A DNA stretch of 64,000 nucleotides. It comes from an uncultured Chitinophagaceae bacterium. GTDB taxonomy: Bacteria > Bacteroidota > Bacteroidia > Chitinophagales > Chitinophagaceae. The stretch spans positions 137,249 to 201,248 of the forward strand of contig CAWJAG010000024.1 in NCBI GenBank assembly GCA_963840755.1. Direction: 5' to 3'. A model generated the notes under the pieces. The model ran no database searches, was not told the DNA's origin, and saw nothing but the letters and a program-made list of their open reading frames with translations. The translations under genes and the position numbers were made by a program. Positions 44,837 through 58,161 of the stretch are shown here, piece by piece; the stretch's first letter is position 1; the number at the start of each line of letters is the position of its first letter.

Positions 44837-46152
44837 ATGATTAAATCGTTTTACTTTAACAAAATCGTTTACTACATTGCAGGGCTGGCGGCAGTGCTGT
44901 TTGTGGTAAGTTATTTTGTCCCCTCTTTTTATAAAGTAGCAGGGCTGTTGCTTTTATTATTAGGCTTATCAGTATTGTTGGATCAATTTTTTGTATATCA
45001 AAAAGAATGGTATTAATGCCGAAAGAATTTTAGCCGACCGGTTTAGCATCGGCGATGAAAACAAAGTAGTTATTATTCTTAAAAATAATTATGTTTTTAG
45101 TACGAGTGTAATTGATGAATTGCCGATTCAGTTCCAGGAAAGAAAATGGATGAGAAAAGTGATTGTAAGAGGGAGTGGAGATATTGCTGGAATATTTTTT
45201 AAAGCCAGTGACAAGAGGGGAGTATATATTTAATGATATAAATGTATTTGCCCATGCACCGTTGCAGTTGGTAAAGCGGCGATATAATTTTCCTGCGGAG
45301 CAGGTAGTAAAAGTATATCCTTCTTATATGCAGATGCGGCGGTATCAGTTGCTGGCTGTAAGCAACCGGTTGCAGGAAGCCGGTGTAAAGAAAATCAGAA
45401 AGATTGGGCATAGCATGGAGTTTGAACAAATAAAAGAATATGTGCAGGGTGATGATTACCGTACTATCAATTGGAAAGCCACTGCCCGCAAAGGAGATTT
45501 GATGGTAAATAATTATACCGATGAAAGAAGCCAGCAGATTTATTGCCTTATTAATAAAGGCCGGGTAATGAAAATGCCTTTCAATGGCCTGACATTATTG
45601 GACTATGCTATTAATGCTTCATTGGTATTTTCCAATGTGGCGTTGGTAAAACAGGACAAGGCAGGCATTATCACTTTTGAAAAAAACCTGGATACTTTTT
45701 TGCAGGCGGATAAGAAGCCCACACAAATGAACCTGATACTGGAAACCCTGTACCGGCAAAAAACAGATTTCTTAGAATCGGATTTTGAAAAACTATTTTC
45801 AGTTATCCGTAACAGAGTTACTAACCGCAGCCTGCTGGTGTTGTTCACCAATTTTGAATCGTTGGAAAGCCTGCAACGGGAAATGACAGGCACTTAAAGA
45901 AAATTGCCAAATATCATTTGCTGCTGGTCGTATTTTTTGAAAACACGGAATTAAAGTCACTGTGACAGAAAAATCGGCTTCGCTGGAAGAGATTTATATA
46001 AAAACCATTGCCGAAAAATTTGCGTATGAGAAAAGACTGATGGTAAAAGAGCTGCATAAAAACGGTATCCCTTCCATACTTACAACACCGGAAAACCTAC
46101 GGTAAATACTATCAATAAATATCTGGAGTTGAAAACAAGGATGTCTATATAG
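44837..46152 (+). CDS. DUF58 (vWA-like) protein (frameshifted)
   Basis: EFEQIKEYVQGDDYRTINWKATAR, RSLLVLFT. Confidence 0.9.
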
Positions 46153-46269
46153 TTGCATGTTGCAGGTTATTTGTTTCTGGTTAATGGTCCGATAGATTAG
46201 TGCTGCTTTATTTATGTTAATAATATTAATACCTGAATACACATGCAACAAGTACTACATTTGCAGTAA

Positions 46270-46953
46270 ATGAATTACACCAAAGAAGAATTTGAACAAG
46301 GTCAGATATTGTTAATCAATAAACCATTGCAATGGACATCATTTGATGTGGTGCAGAAACTGCGCAATATCATCAGGATCAGAAAAATTGGCCATGCAGG
46401 TACATTAGACCCATTGGCAACAGGATTATTGATCGTTTGCACCGGAAAATTTACCAAGAAGATAAATGAATACATGGCGCAGGAAAAAGAATACACCGGC
46501 ACATTTACCCTCGGTGCCACCACACCTACATATGATTTGGAAAGTGAACCTGAAAACTTTAAACCATCTGATACATATTACAGAAGAAGAATTAAAGAAG
46601 CTACTTAAAATTTACCGGCGAGATACAGCAAATACCACCGGCACATTCAGCAATAAAAGTTGGTGGCAAAAGAGTGTATGAATTGGCAAGGCAGGGAAAA
46701 GAAGTAAAATTGGAACCACGAAAAGTAACGATCAAAGAATTTGAAATTGCAAAAATTGAATTGCCTGTTATTCATTTTCGGGTAGTTTGTACTACCGGTA
46801 CTTATATCCGAAGTCTTGCAAATGATTTTGGTGAAGCATTGGGTTGCGGGGCATATCTCAGCAGTCTTTGCCGAACAAGAATAGGAGAATTCTGAAGTAA
46901 CTGATGCAATACCAATAGAAGACATTCAGGAAAAAGTAAACAGCAGCTTATAA
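46270..46953 (+). CDS. truB: tRNA pseudouridine(55) synthase (frameshifted)
   Basis: KIGHAGTLDPLATG, YELARQG, GTYIRSLA. Confidence 0.95.
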
Positions 46954-49318
46954 TATAAACGGATAGCTGATGCCTAATTGAAACTGGGTACCCTGCCAAA
47001 AATGTTTTTATACGTAACCAAACATTTGTTTTGTAGAGCATTGGTTATTAGGTGAAGGGCTTGGGTCTTTTGCTTTATAGGAATAATCAAGGCGAATAAC
47101 AAAAAAACTAAAATCAATCCGCAAGCCCATACCAACACCAACAGCAATATCTTTCCCTAAACGGTTAAAATTAAAAACTTCTATTATCAGGTTTCCTGCT
47201 ATTGTCAGCTATTCTTTTAAAAACCAGATATTACCGATATCTGTAAATAATGCGCCATTTAAATTGTATGCCGGCAAGTTTAAAGTGGAAACGGTATTCC
47301 ATTTGCCTTCCAATTGAACATCGCCATATCGTTCGGGTATTCCTGTGCATCAAAATCTTTAAGTACTGTGAACCAGGACCTAATTTTCTCAGTCCCCATG
47401 CCCGCATACTATTGGGGCCACCGGCAAAGTATTGTTTGAAGAAAGGCAGGTTATTTCTCTTTCTCGATTTATGTAGAATTATAATTCATACCCAACACCG
47501 GTAAAAAACCGAAACACCAATGACGATTTTTCTTAAAATTAATTTTTCTGATAAATTCGCATCTAGTTTTATAAACCGGTAAAGGTTATTATCCAGAAAA
47601 TCTTCTTCTTTATCAAGCCTGGCAACAAGCCGGCATTTCAACACTTAGCCAAGATACATTAATAGCCTTGTTTTTTCAACCATTTATTGTAATACCGCTA
47701 ATATTATGGAAGAAATAAACCCATCAGTAAAAATATTTTTAAGGATGGGTTGCTGATAAACATAGCATCAAGTCCGGGTTGTGTTATAAGAGTCAGAATA
47801 TTCAATATTTGGTTAATCGAATATGAAGAATAAGTTTCTTTTTCGACTGAAATTCATACCCCATGAACCATTAACAGTAGTAAGGTTAAACAGGTCTTTC
47901 TGTTTGTAATACCCGCGTTAAATGAAAAAATTGTTCTGAATGATTTTCTTTATGTCTTTCGGCAATCCATTTCATTGGGAACAAATATTGCCTTGGAAAA
48001 TAAATATTGTGACTGACACAAAATTGATGTGTTTGTAATAAAACTTGCTTTTGTCACTTCTTACCATTTCAATACCATACCGGATATTAGTATTGGCTGG
48101 TATAGCAGCCTTTGCCAAAATTGCGGTTTTGCAACACCTACATTTACACCAATCCCAAACAGGTTCCCTGAAACGGCACTTTGGTTACTGCTTCCTTCCA
48201 GATTAGCGGTAAAGGAATATTTTTTTGCAGGGGTAAGCCGGATCGTAAAGTCAGCTGTGTCCTGATTTTTCCTTGCTAATGGGTTCAATGTTCACCAACC
48301 GCCATGCGCCAAGTGAATTAAACCGGTTTATCGTTTTAAAATATTTCGCTGGTTATACAGATCACCACTGACGGAAGTAAATATTTTCAGGAAGAATTTT
48401 TGGTTTAAACATTCCTGTGATAAGAAATAACTTTTCACGCTATCTACTATTTCATACTTTTTAATCAGTTCAGTGTCATCAGATCCGAAATCGGGATACA
48501 CTGTAATATTTCCTACAAAATATTTTGTGAGTTTACTGCTATCGAAAACCAGGTTTTAATCTTATTTCAAGATTAGCAGTTGGTTTTTCTCTTCGCTTCT
48601 TTTAATTTTTTTAAAAATTCGAATTGCTCGAAGGGGTCCAAAGAGGGCGAAGCAAGGAAACATCTAGTGTATCCCATAGACCATATAAATCTTCCCGGCC
48701 AAACCGCAGATAACCATTGTTACGGTAAAGTTCAACTAACCTGTCCAATTCAGCAGATATAGGTGCTTTTGCAAAAGGCTCTCCTTTTTTTACCAAATGC
48801 ATCTTTTTGATTAGCGAGAGCAAACTGTTGTAATTCAGGTTGCTTAATATTATAACTGAAAGAATCAATCGTATAACAGTTTGCCGGGTTTTACATAAAA
48901 TTGACGGTGGTTCGGTATTGGTCGCCTTTACATATCAATTTAAATATGTATCAAGTAATAGAATCTTTAAAATAACCCATTGAACTTAGCAATGCTCTCA
49001 TATAGATTATAGATTTATCTGCATTATTAGATTATAAACAGGTGGGTTTTTCATTACACTCGACAGAAACCTTTTTTGATATAAATTTCCTGACTGTCTG
49101 ACTTGATGCTATCGTCTAACTGTTTAGAAAGCCGGTTTTCAAGGGATGCAATATGTCTGCACTTGTATCTAAACCTTTTAATTTGACATTTGTTTTGAAA
49201 ACAAAGGGTTTTTTTACCGGGTAGTTTTTTACAATAGTGCTACAGGAAGAACTACCAGTAACAACAAAAACCACAAATGATAAACAATATTTGACAGGGT
49301 AAAAACGGGTGGCTGCAT
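46948..49318 (-). CDS. BamA/TamA (Omp85) family outer-membrane protein (heavily frameshifted)
   Basis: YRNNGY POTRA fragment; FAGGP.SMRAW and DIGNIW read on the minus strand; C-terminal QLGISYPF. Confidence 0.8.
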
Positions 49319-49338
49319 AAATAAATTAAAAAGAAACT

Positions 49339-50078
49339 ATGCTGTTAAACAGAAGGTCAAATATATTCAAAGTTTAGGCCAGAAAAAATTCAGGCAGCAG
49401 GAAGGGTTGTTTATTGCTGAAGGGCCAAAGCTGGTAAAAGAATTGCTGGAAGCTGATGCTGCATCAGTAAAGGAAGTTTATGCGGTGAAAGAATGGATTG
49501 ATGAAACCAAAAAACTGACTCGCAAAACAACTGTAACAGAAATAACGGAAATAGAATTAGAAAAAATTTCACAATTAACTACCCCCAATAAGGTATTGGC
49601 AATTGTACAACAATATGAGACAGGGGAAACGATTTCAATAAAAGGCCAGATTACTTTAGTATTGGATAATATCAGGATCCCGGTAATCTTGGTACCATCA
49701 TCCGCATTGCAGATTGGTTTGGAGTAGAGCAAATTATTTGCAGTCACTGATTCTGCCGATATGTATAATCCCAAAGTGGTGCAATCCACCATGGGCAGCA
49801 TTGCAAGGGTAAAAGTTTATTATACTGATCTGGCAGAATGGTTAGTGCATCAAAAGATATTACTCATTTATGCCGCCAGTTTGGATGGACAGGATGTAAC
49901 AACGATGAAAAAAATAAAAGAAGGGATTATTATTATTGGCAATGAATCAAAAGGCATCAGCTGCTGAAATAATGAGTTTGACAAATATAAAAATCACAAT
50001 TCCCAAAAAGGGAAAGCAGAATCATTGAATGCGGCAGTGGCGGCTGGGATTATTCTTTCGCATTTAATTTCCCATTAA
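49339..50078 (+). CDS. TrmH/SpoU family RNA methyltransferase (frameshifted)
   Basis: FIAEG.KLV, DPGNLGTIIR, NPKVVQSTMGS, IGNESKGIS, ESLNAAVA. Confidence 0.9.
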
Positions 50079-50101
50079 ACATGAAAACACCAAGAAATAT
50101 T

Positions 50102-51343
50102 TTACCTGAATTGTATCGCCTTCACCGGCTGCACCTTCCTTACCAGCAAAGAAGGAATCATCATCACCAAAAAACAAACAATAAATGTTCCGGCACAAAT
50201 AAGGCCTACCTGCCACCACACAATTTTTACAGCAGCAGCACTCAGGTAATAGGCTTCTTCTTTTAATTTAATAAAACCAGTGGCCTGTTGCAGCCAGAGA
50301 AGACCGAGGGCAAATGCTGTTCCAACAACAATACCTGTGATAGTGATAATAAGCGGAATGACGAAGAAATATTTTCTGTACGGTCCAGTCAGTGGCGCCG
50401 AGTGCTTTTAAGCACCCCGATCATCCTTACTCTTTCCAGCACTAAAATGATAAGACAGGTAATCAGGTTGATAACGGCAACAATGACCATAAATCCGATC
50501 AGTACATTCCGGTTATATCCTGCATATTCAGCCAGTCAAAAATATTGGGAGAAATATTTTTTACACTTATGCATCCCAGGTCAGTGGAAAATTATCAATG
50601 TTAAATATTTCTCTTCTGCTTTTTCAGATTTTTTTATAGTCTTTCAAAAAAATTTCATAGCCACCGATTTCGATCTGGCTTGCCAGTCGTTGAGCCGTTG
50701 AATGAGTTTGATATCGCCAATGGCAAATGTTTTATCATATTCTTCAATACCATTTTATAAATACCGGTAACGGTTAATTTATCCGGCGTATGCGAATTCT
50801 TTCCATCGGGCCGGATAAAATAAATCAGTATTTTATCATTAACTTTAGATTGAAGTTGTCGGCTGTATAAGCAGAGATCATGATCTCCCGGCTATAACTG
50901 CTGTCATTAAATTGAATCGGTCTTCCTTGTTTAATAAAATCTTTCAAGGTGGTTGAAATCATAAGTACTGTCAAGTCCTTTTAGCAACACACCTTCTATT
51001 TCATCTTTTGTTTTCAGAATGGCATACTTGGTGGCAAAAGGATGAATGCTTTCTACCTGCGGATTTTTTCGAATGCTTTGCACCAAGTATCATTCTTTAT
51101 AATCGGGCTTTCTTCTGAAATGATCGCTTTATCCGGTTGTTTTTCCTGTATGCGGATATGCCCCCAGAAGCTGAATACTTTCTGGCTCACTTTTTCCTGG
51201 AAACCATTGGCAAGTGAAAGGGTCACGATCATCACCGTTACACTGATAACAGTGGCAACAGTGGACAGCCGGATGATAAACCTGGAAAAGGATTTTTGCT
51301 GATTAAATGCTATGCGGTTTGCTATAAAGCCTGCAACCTTCAA
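50102..51343 (-). CDS. ABC transporter permease, LolC/E (FtsX) family (frameshifted)
   Basis: [24 protein letters not shown]...NGFQ; C-terminal [15 protein letters not shown]. Confidence 0.85.
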
Positions 51344-51477
51344 ATTGAATTGTTTGTCTTTTATCAAAAATAAGCCGCTAAAAAAGATTTAACTCCTTTT
51401 TTGCCTGATTTTTGCAATGTGCTGCGTAGTTTTAACGAAGTTGCACAATATTATCAACTTATTACAGTTTCAGCCGG

Positions 51478-52758
51478 ATGAAAAAATTATTTTCTTTATT
51501 TCTTATTCTGAATATATCTGTTGCCCATGCACAGATACCTGATCATATTTATAAACCCAATATCATACTGTAAAATTGTCAAAGTACGGTGATATTTACA
51601 GCTACCCGGTTATTACGTTCAATAGCAACGATCAACTGGAACTCCATTTTGATGATATGGATGCGGATGTGAAATATTATTATTACGGCTTCCAGTTATG
51701 TAATGCCGACTGGACTCCTGCCAATATCCAGACCTTTGATTATATCGTGGGTTTCCAGAGCAACCGGATAACAAATTACCGCTCTTCTTCTATTGTACAA
51801 ACAAGATATACCCATTACCAGGCTATTTTTCCCGAACGAAATTCGGCACCCACAAAAGCCGGCAATTACCTGCTGAAAGTTTTTTTAAATGATGATACGT
51901 CCAAATTGGTTTTTACCAAACGATTGTTGGTGGTCAATACCAAAGCAGCTGTTTCTGCACTGATAACACAGCCATTCAATCTAATTTTTTCGTACACACC
52001 AACGGGTGCAGGTAACGGTAAATACAGCATGCTGGCAGATCAATGCTTTTTCTCCACAGGATATAAAAGTGGTGGTGGTACAAAATAATAACTGGGCAAC
52101 TGCTTCGGTGATTGACCGGCCCACATTTTCCGGGGAAATTATTATGAATACAGTGATGAAGAAAATACCACTTTTCAGGCAGGGAAAGAGTGGCGATGGA
52201 TTGATTTGCGCAGCCTGCGGCTGATGAGTGACAGGATGCGAAAAGATTGTTGATTCAGATACAGTAACCGGATCAGATATGTATGTAAAACCAGATGGCG
52301 AACGAAGCCAGCAAGTATATGTTTATTACCGTGACATCAATGGCATTTACACTATTGAAAACAGGGACAATCCAAACCCCTACTGGCAAAGTGATTATGC
52401 CTGGATACATTTTACTTTTATTCCTCCGGGCAACAGGGCTTATGAAGGAAAAAGTGTTTATGTATTTGGTGAGCTGACTAACTATGAGCAGAATGAAGAT
52501 TCAAAAATGATTTTTAATGAAGAGAAAGGGTATTTATGAAAAAGCATTGTACCTGAAGCAGGGATATTATAATTATTCTTATGTTACACTAACCGATAAA
52601 AAACAAGCAGGATTAAACCTTCATTAGAAAATACAGAAGGCAATTACTGGGGAACAGAGAATGGATATATGGTGATGGTGTATTTCCGTCCCTTTGGTGC
52701 CAGGGCTGATGAAGCTGATTGGATTTACAAGAATGAATTCGGCTTTTCCGAGGCAGTA
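51478..52758 (+). CDS. DUF5103 / T9SS plug-domain protein (frameshifted)
   Basis: LELHFDD, CNADW, YTHY, GNYLLKV, DYAWIHF, LKQGYYNY fragments. Confidence 0.75.
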
Positions 52759-52769
52759 GTTTTATGCCT

Positions 52770-53453
52770 TTATTTTAGCAAAGAATGAATAGGAATAGTT
52801 ATAAAACCATCAGAAAATTTACCATTATTAATAGCGCATTGCCATCCATTGAGACTTTCTAATACTTTCATCAATTTATCTTTTAATTTCTCAGAAATAT
52901 TTAAAGGTTCGATAACTAAATCACTCATTTTGCCATCTTTCGTAATAAAGCATTTTGCCACAAGAGAATTACCTATTTCCCTGAGTTCGCTTTTTTCATT
53001 TTTAGAGAACGGCTCTTGAATATCTAATGAAAGCTGTTTCTCCCCTTTTTTATAACGGGGGTCTATCCATACCTTGTCAAGAACTTGATTTTCATATGTG
53101 GATGAAAGAACAAAAATTGCTTCTTTATTTTGACAAAGAGAGCAGATAGAAATTGTTTCTGTGAGAAATTTAGTTCCCATTTTAAAAAATCTCGCAGAGT
53201 ATTTCCCCATAGAAATGTTCTCAAGTATAAATTCCCCATGCTCATTTTTTAGTGCAGAGAAAACGTTATTTTTACCAGAATTAATATCAGTTAAGGTTAA
53301 AGAATCTAATTGAGTGAGGGGGATGTTTTTGTCAAGGACTGTAATGGTAAATTTGAAGCTATATTTACGTATATCCTGTCCATGAATTCCCGAGTTATTG
53401 ACAAGGGAAAAGAACAGAAATAATAACAAAATTGAAGGACTAATTTTTCTCAC
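52770..53453 (-). CDS. hypothetical exported protein, possibly with a TonB-C-like C-terminus
   Basis: intact 227-aa AT-rich ORF with signal peptide; FITKDGKMSD...W.CAINNGK. Confidence 0.55.
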   Translation of the reverse strand: MRKISPSILLLFLFFSLVNNSGIHGQDIRKYSFKFTITVLDKNIPLTQLDSLTLTDINSGKNNVFSALKNEHGEFILENISMGKYSARFFKMGTKFLTETISICSLCQNKEAIFVLSSTYENQVLDKVWIDPRYKKGEKQLSLDIQEPFSKNEKSELREIGNSLVAKCFITKDGKMSDLVIEPLNISEKLKDKLMKVLESLNGWQCAINNGKFSDGFITIPIHSLLK

Positions 53454-53459
53454 TTTCGT

Positions 53460-54358
53460 TTATTTAAATCTTTCGCTTATTACCAACTCCTTACTGCCCG
53501 TAGTATAAATATAAAACCCTTCACCAGTCTTTACCCCCAGCTTTCCAGCCGTTACCATATTTGTTAATAGGGGACAAGGGGCATATTTAGGGTTGCCAAA
53601 ACCATCTTGCAATACTTTCAAAATAGAATGGCAAACATCCAATCCAATAAAATCAGCTAATTGCAGTGGCCCCATCGGGTGTGCCATACCCAGCTTCATT
53701 ACATTATCAATTGCTTCCACACCGGCCACACCTTCGTATAAACTGTAGATAGCCTCATTAATCATTGGCATTAATATGCGGTTGGCAATAAAACCGGGAT
53801 AGTCGTTTACCACACAAGGCACTTTGCCGAGTTGCTTGCTTAATTCAACAATACTATCGGTTACTTTTTTTTCTGTAGCATAACCATTGATAATTTCAAC
53901 CAGCTTCATTACAGGCACCGGGTTCATAAAGTGCATACCAATAACTAAAGAAGGCCGCCTAGTAACTGTTGCAATTTTTGTTATGGAGATAGAAGAGGTA
54001 TTGGTAGCAAGAATGCAGTCAGCAGGGGCGGCTTCATCTATCTGTTGAAATATTTTAAGTTTCAGTTCTGTATTCTCTGTTGCTGCTTCAATAACTAGAT
54101 GCTGCATCCTTTACACCTTCAGCAATAGAAGTACTGGTGGTTATGCGGGCAATGGTTTCATCCCTTAGTTCTTTCCGGTATGATTTCTTTGGTTACCATC
54201 CGGTCGAGGTTTTTGCCAATGGTGGCAACTGCTTTCTCTAACTGTGGTTGGGATATATCAATCAAGGTTACATTAAAACCATGTTGTGCAAATACATGGG
54301 CTATACCATTGCCCATAGTGCCGGCGCCGATTACAGAAATACTTCCTGCGAAACTCAT
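53460..54358 (-). CDS. hbd: 3-hydroxybutyryl-CoA dehydrogenase (frameshifted)
   Basis: IGAGTMGNGIA, ATNTSSISI, GMHFMNP, GMAHPMGP. Confidence 0.93.
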
Positions 54359-54412
54359 AAGAATATTATTTAAGACAAATGTAAGATTTTATAGGAAGGC
54401 TGGGCTGAAGTA

Positions 54413-54809
54413 TTAGCCCAGATAGATTGCAAAGAAAATATAAGTAAAGTATATCCAAAGTACTGAAAAAATGATGTGCATGGCTGTTTCAAACTTTTTG
54501 CCCCTCCAGAGTTTTGAGGAGTAACCGAAAAAATTGGATAACTAACCGGATGCCCCAGAATATGCCAAACCCTAAAGAAATCCTTCTACCTAATGATGTA
54601 TTTACAAGTTCAGTGGAAGAAGTGAGGCACAAAAGCCCCATGAGTAAAACGGTAACAGCAATAAAGAATGTATGAATCTCCATCATTTGCTTATTAATGA
54701 GGGTTAATGATTTTAATTCCTCTTTCCAGTTAAAATATTTTGGAAACACAATATGAAGTAATGCCAATGCAATTAAAAAGCACCCAATTATTTTTAAGTG
54801 GATTTGCAT
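54413..54809 (-). CDS. membrane protein
   Basis: H..FPKYFNW..EL..L and HTFFI; four TM helices. Confidence 0.65.
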
Positions 54810-55558
54810 CAGGGGCGACAATTAAAGATTGACATAAAAGGGGTAAATTTTATTTCCTGGAAGGATGCAAACCCGGCTTCAGTAAAGCTTTTTTCCAAAT
54901 TGTTTTTGAAAAGAAATGGGTAAACCCAATAGTGAATGCAACAAAATTTGGAAAATCCCTTAAATGTTCTACCATAATTACACTTCCACCGGGTTTGCAA
55001 ACCCTGAAACATTCTTTCAGGAATTGTATTTTTTCTTCTTGGATCCGTATTTCATGTACAGCTGATAATAAAAAAATATTGTCAACCGATTTATTTTTTA
55101 AAGGAATGGAATTTGGTTCTTATTTGTTGTGTATTCGGATAAATCAAACTCACTTTTCTTGCCCTGATTATAGCTGGTTCGGTATGCTGTTTGGCGTTGT
55201 AAAAGTCATACACGTGTAAATTTGATTGAGGAAATACTTTTTTAATGATATAACTTGTTTCGTCAAATCCAGCATTGATATTCAGATGGGTTTACCTTTG
55301 TATCTGCAATATCATATTTTTTCAGCCAGTCAAAATTATAAAAGCCGGAAAAATCATAAACATAAGCCGAAACAATCAATGGCATCGTCAGGCCATAAAG
55401 AATGCCGCAATAGTTAACCAAAATAAACTGGTAGGCCAATTAAGAACAATTTACTTCCAAATAATCAATGCTAAAGCCAACAAACCAAACACATAAAAAT
55501 GCCGGTTAAAACTTAAAATATTCAATACACCTTGAAATTTCCGTCTCTTTATTTCCAT
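54809..55558 (-). CDS. putative class I SAM-dependent methyltransferase (frameshifted)
   Basis: RRKFQGVLNILSFN start; NINAGFDE, SAVHEIR, LKPGG-like fragments. Confidence 0.55.
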
Positions 55559-56286
55559 TGTTCAATTTTACCTTTTTTCCAATAATAGGGAATATTTTTA
55601 ATGACAAAAGCATTGGCCAAAATAGCGTTATCCAATTCAGTGACTTTAAAAATCTGAAATTATATTCAATATACCTTTAATTGGTTTTGGTGTCCAGTTT
55701 TTCGTACTCCTTCAATGATTAGCACTTCTTTTTTATCTTCATTGTAAGTAAAGGTAAATGGAAAGGGCCGGCAAAACGCCTTGCTTCTTTCCAATCTGCA
55801 AATGGCGAATTTTCCGGCAAAGAAACATCTGTCTACTTTATAATCAATTTCAGGCTGAAATCTGATTTTATCTGAAGAATTTGTTTTAATATCGTTTCTT
55901 GCGTTTGAAGAATGTCTGTAGTAGTGTAATTGTAATGGGTGAATATATTCCCCAGAATTTCCATTTTCTTTTTATCTGTTTCTGATTTCAGGATATATAA
56001 ACCCCGTAACTGTTTTCCTACATTGTTTGTATATCGAACAAAAATCCGATAGCCAATCAAAAAAAATCATTACCCATAAACTTGGGGAAACCCTTTAGGC
56101 CGCAAGTTTTTGGTTTGCACCATGGCGATGGCCAAAAAAGCCCATTTATCATTCAAAGTATCTAAGTGTAAACATTCAGGAATAAGGGGTTGCAGTTGTT
56201 CTTTGGGAACAGCAAAGGTCAGCACCATACGAGCTTTCAAAAAATGCTTCAACGGCAAAGGGGTGATTTTTTAGGAAAGAAAGCAT
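55549..56286 (-). CDS. DUF2071 (YqjF) family protein (frameshifted)
   Basis: LKNHPF, LTFAVP..L..LIP, AIAMVQT..LRPKG, GYRIFVRY. Confidence 0.75.
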
Positions 56287-56289
56287 GTT

Positions 56290-56675
56290 AGGTTTTATAT
56301 TTGTTTTTTGATTAAATGAAATTCGTTGAAATAAATAATACAATGAACAAGGATAAATGCAAAAATGGAATTAAATTTCCCCCAAAGAACAAGTCAGGTA
56401 CAAACAAGAATTCCAGCGTATTCATTGTTGCAATGATGATAATTTGGGTAATGGCATTTACTTTAGTTTTAATCCGGCTTAATAATCCAGACGGCCATTA
56501 CTATTTCTGATACCCCAATTGCTTTTGTTAGTATAGGTGCATATTCGTTTCCAAAAAACCTTGCAACAATTAATTGATGCCTTGGTACAAGGTTTAACAG
56601 TTTGCAAACAAGTCCGTTTATAAGCCAGGTTGCTGCTATTAAGTAAATGAGAATTTTATATATCTGAAGGTTCAT
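56290..56675 (-). CDS. DoxX-like membrane protein (frameshifted)
   Basis: WLINGL.CK.LNLVPRH..IVAR motif. Confidence 0.75.
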
Positions 56676-56696
56676 TATTTATAAAAAGCAGGTTAA

Positions 56697-56764
56697 TGAT
56701 GCACAAAGAACAGAAAGATGAATAGTGCGACGCAACGAAGATCATCTGTGTTAATGCAGCTGGT
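56697..56764 (+). repeat. AGTGCGACGCAA family repeat, copy 3
   Basis: TGATGCACAAAGAACAGAAAGATGAATAGTGCGACGCAACGAAGATC...GCAGCTGGT. Confidence 0.75.
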
Positions 56765-56773
56765 AAAATAAAC

Positions 56774-58018
56774 TCAATACTCAAATTTTCTTAACCCCGG
56801 TGCTTTAAACCAGGTAATGATAACTACCAGCAAGGTCATACATCCACCAAAAATTACGGATGGCACGGTGCCTAATGCCCTTGCCATAAAGCCACTTTCA
56901 AACTGACCGAGTTCGTTGCTGCTGTTGATGAACATTGAGTTTACACTGGATACCCGACCCCGCATTTCATCTGGTGTGGTTAGTTGCAGTATAGTACCAC
57001 GAACGATTACACTTATACCATCCAACATTCCGGCAAGCAGCAATGCAATAAATGATAGCCAGTACCAGGATGAAAAACCAAAGACGATAATACATACACC
57101 AAAGCCTGCAACCGCAAACATGAGTTTGTAGCCTTGCCTCTTCTTCATAGGGCTAAAGGTAAGTGCTATCATTACTGCCGCAGAGCCAATATCCATGGCA
57201 GCATTGAGCCAGCCAAAACCAATAGGGCCAACCTGTAAAATTTTATCTGCAAATTCGGGTATCAATGCAACAGCACCGCCAAAAAGTACGGCAAATAAAT
57301 CAAGCGAAATTGCGCCAAGCATTATTTTATTATTAGATACAAACCGTAATCCTTCTTTTACACTTTCCCAGGCTTTTATATTTTTTGTGTAACCACTATT
57401 GGTTTCTTTTTAATTACAGAGATAAGTGCAGCGGCAATGAATACATAAGCTAAAATAATAAAGAAGGTATTGTGTACACCAAACCATGCTATAAAGAAAC
57501 CTGCAGAAGCATGGCCGGTAATAGAAGCTATAAGCCAGGTGGTGGAACTTATGTTGGCAGCATATTGCAAAAGCCCCCTCGGGACTAACTGTGCAATAAT
57601 AGCATTGGTAGCGGGGCCGGTAAATGCACGGATGATGCCTGTACAAAAAATTACTCCGTAAAAAAATAATTGCGGTGAATTGGTTTGTACATTGCTGGCA
57701 AACCAGGGTGATGTAATAATGATTAATGCAATTACACAAATTGAATATGTAAATATTCCCTGTCAGTAACAATTTTCTTTTATCTGACTTATCAATCACA
57801 TGGCCAGCATAAAGTGCCAGCAGAAAGACAGGAATAAATTCTGACAAACCAGCGAGACCCAATGGAAAAGGATCTCTGGGTGAGTTTAAATAACTGGTAG
57901 GCTGCTACTGTACCCAGCATCCGCAGTGCCATGATTAAAAAGAAACGGGCAATGATAAAGAAGCGGAATTCTTTGTGCTGAAGTGGTGAAAGGTTTTGTG
58001 CTGAAGTAGTGAAGGCAT
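56774..58018 (-). CDS. MFS transporter (MFS_3 type; frameshifted)
   Basis: LDLFAVLFGGA, MRGRVSSVN.MFI.SSNELG.FESG; HKEFRFF N-terminus. Confidence 0.88.
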
Positions 58019-58161
58019 CTGGTCAAAGGTAAACAAAGATCTCCCACTAAATACATTTTCCACAAAGAACACAAAGAAATTTCTATCAAGTGGAAGACAT
58101 GAATCCTTATGTATACTCGTATTTTTGCAGGAAATTTTTATGTTCATCTGTTCGGAAAATC

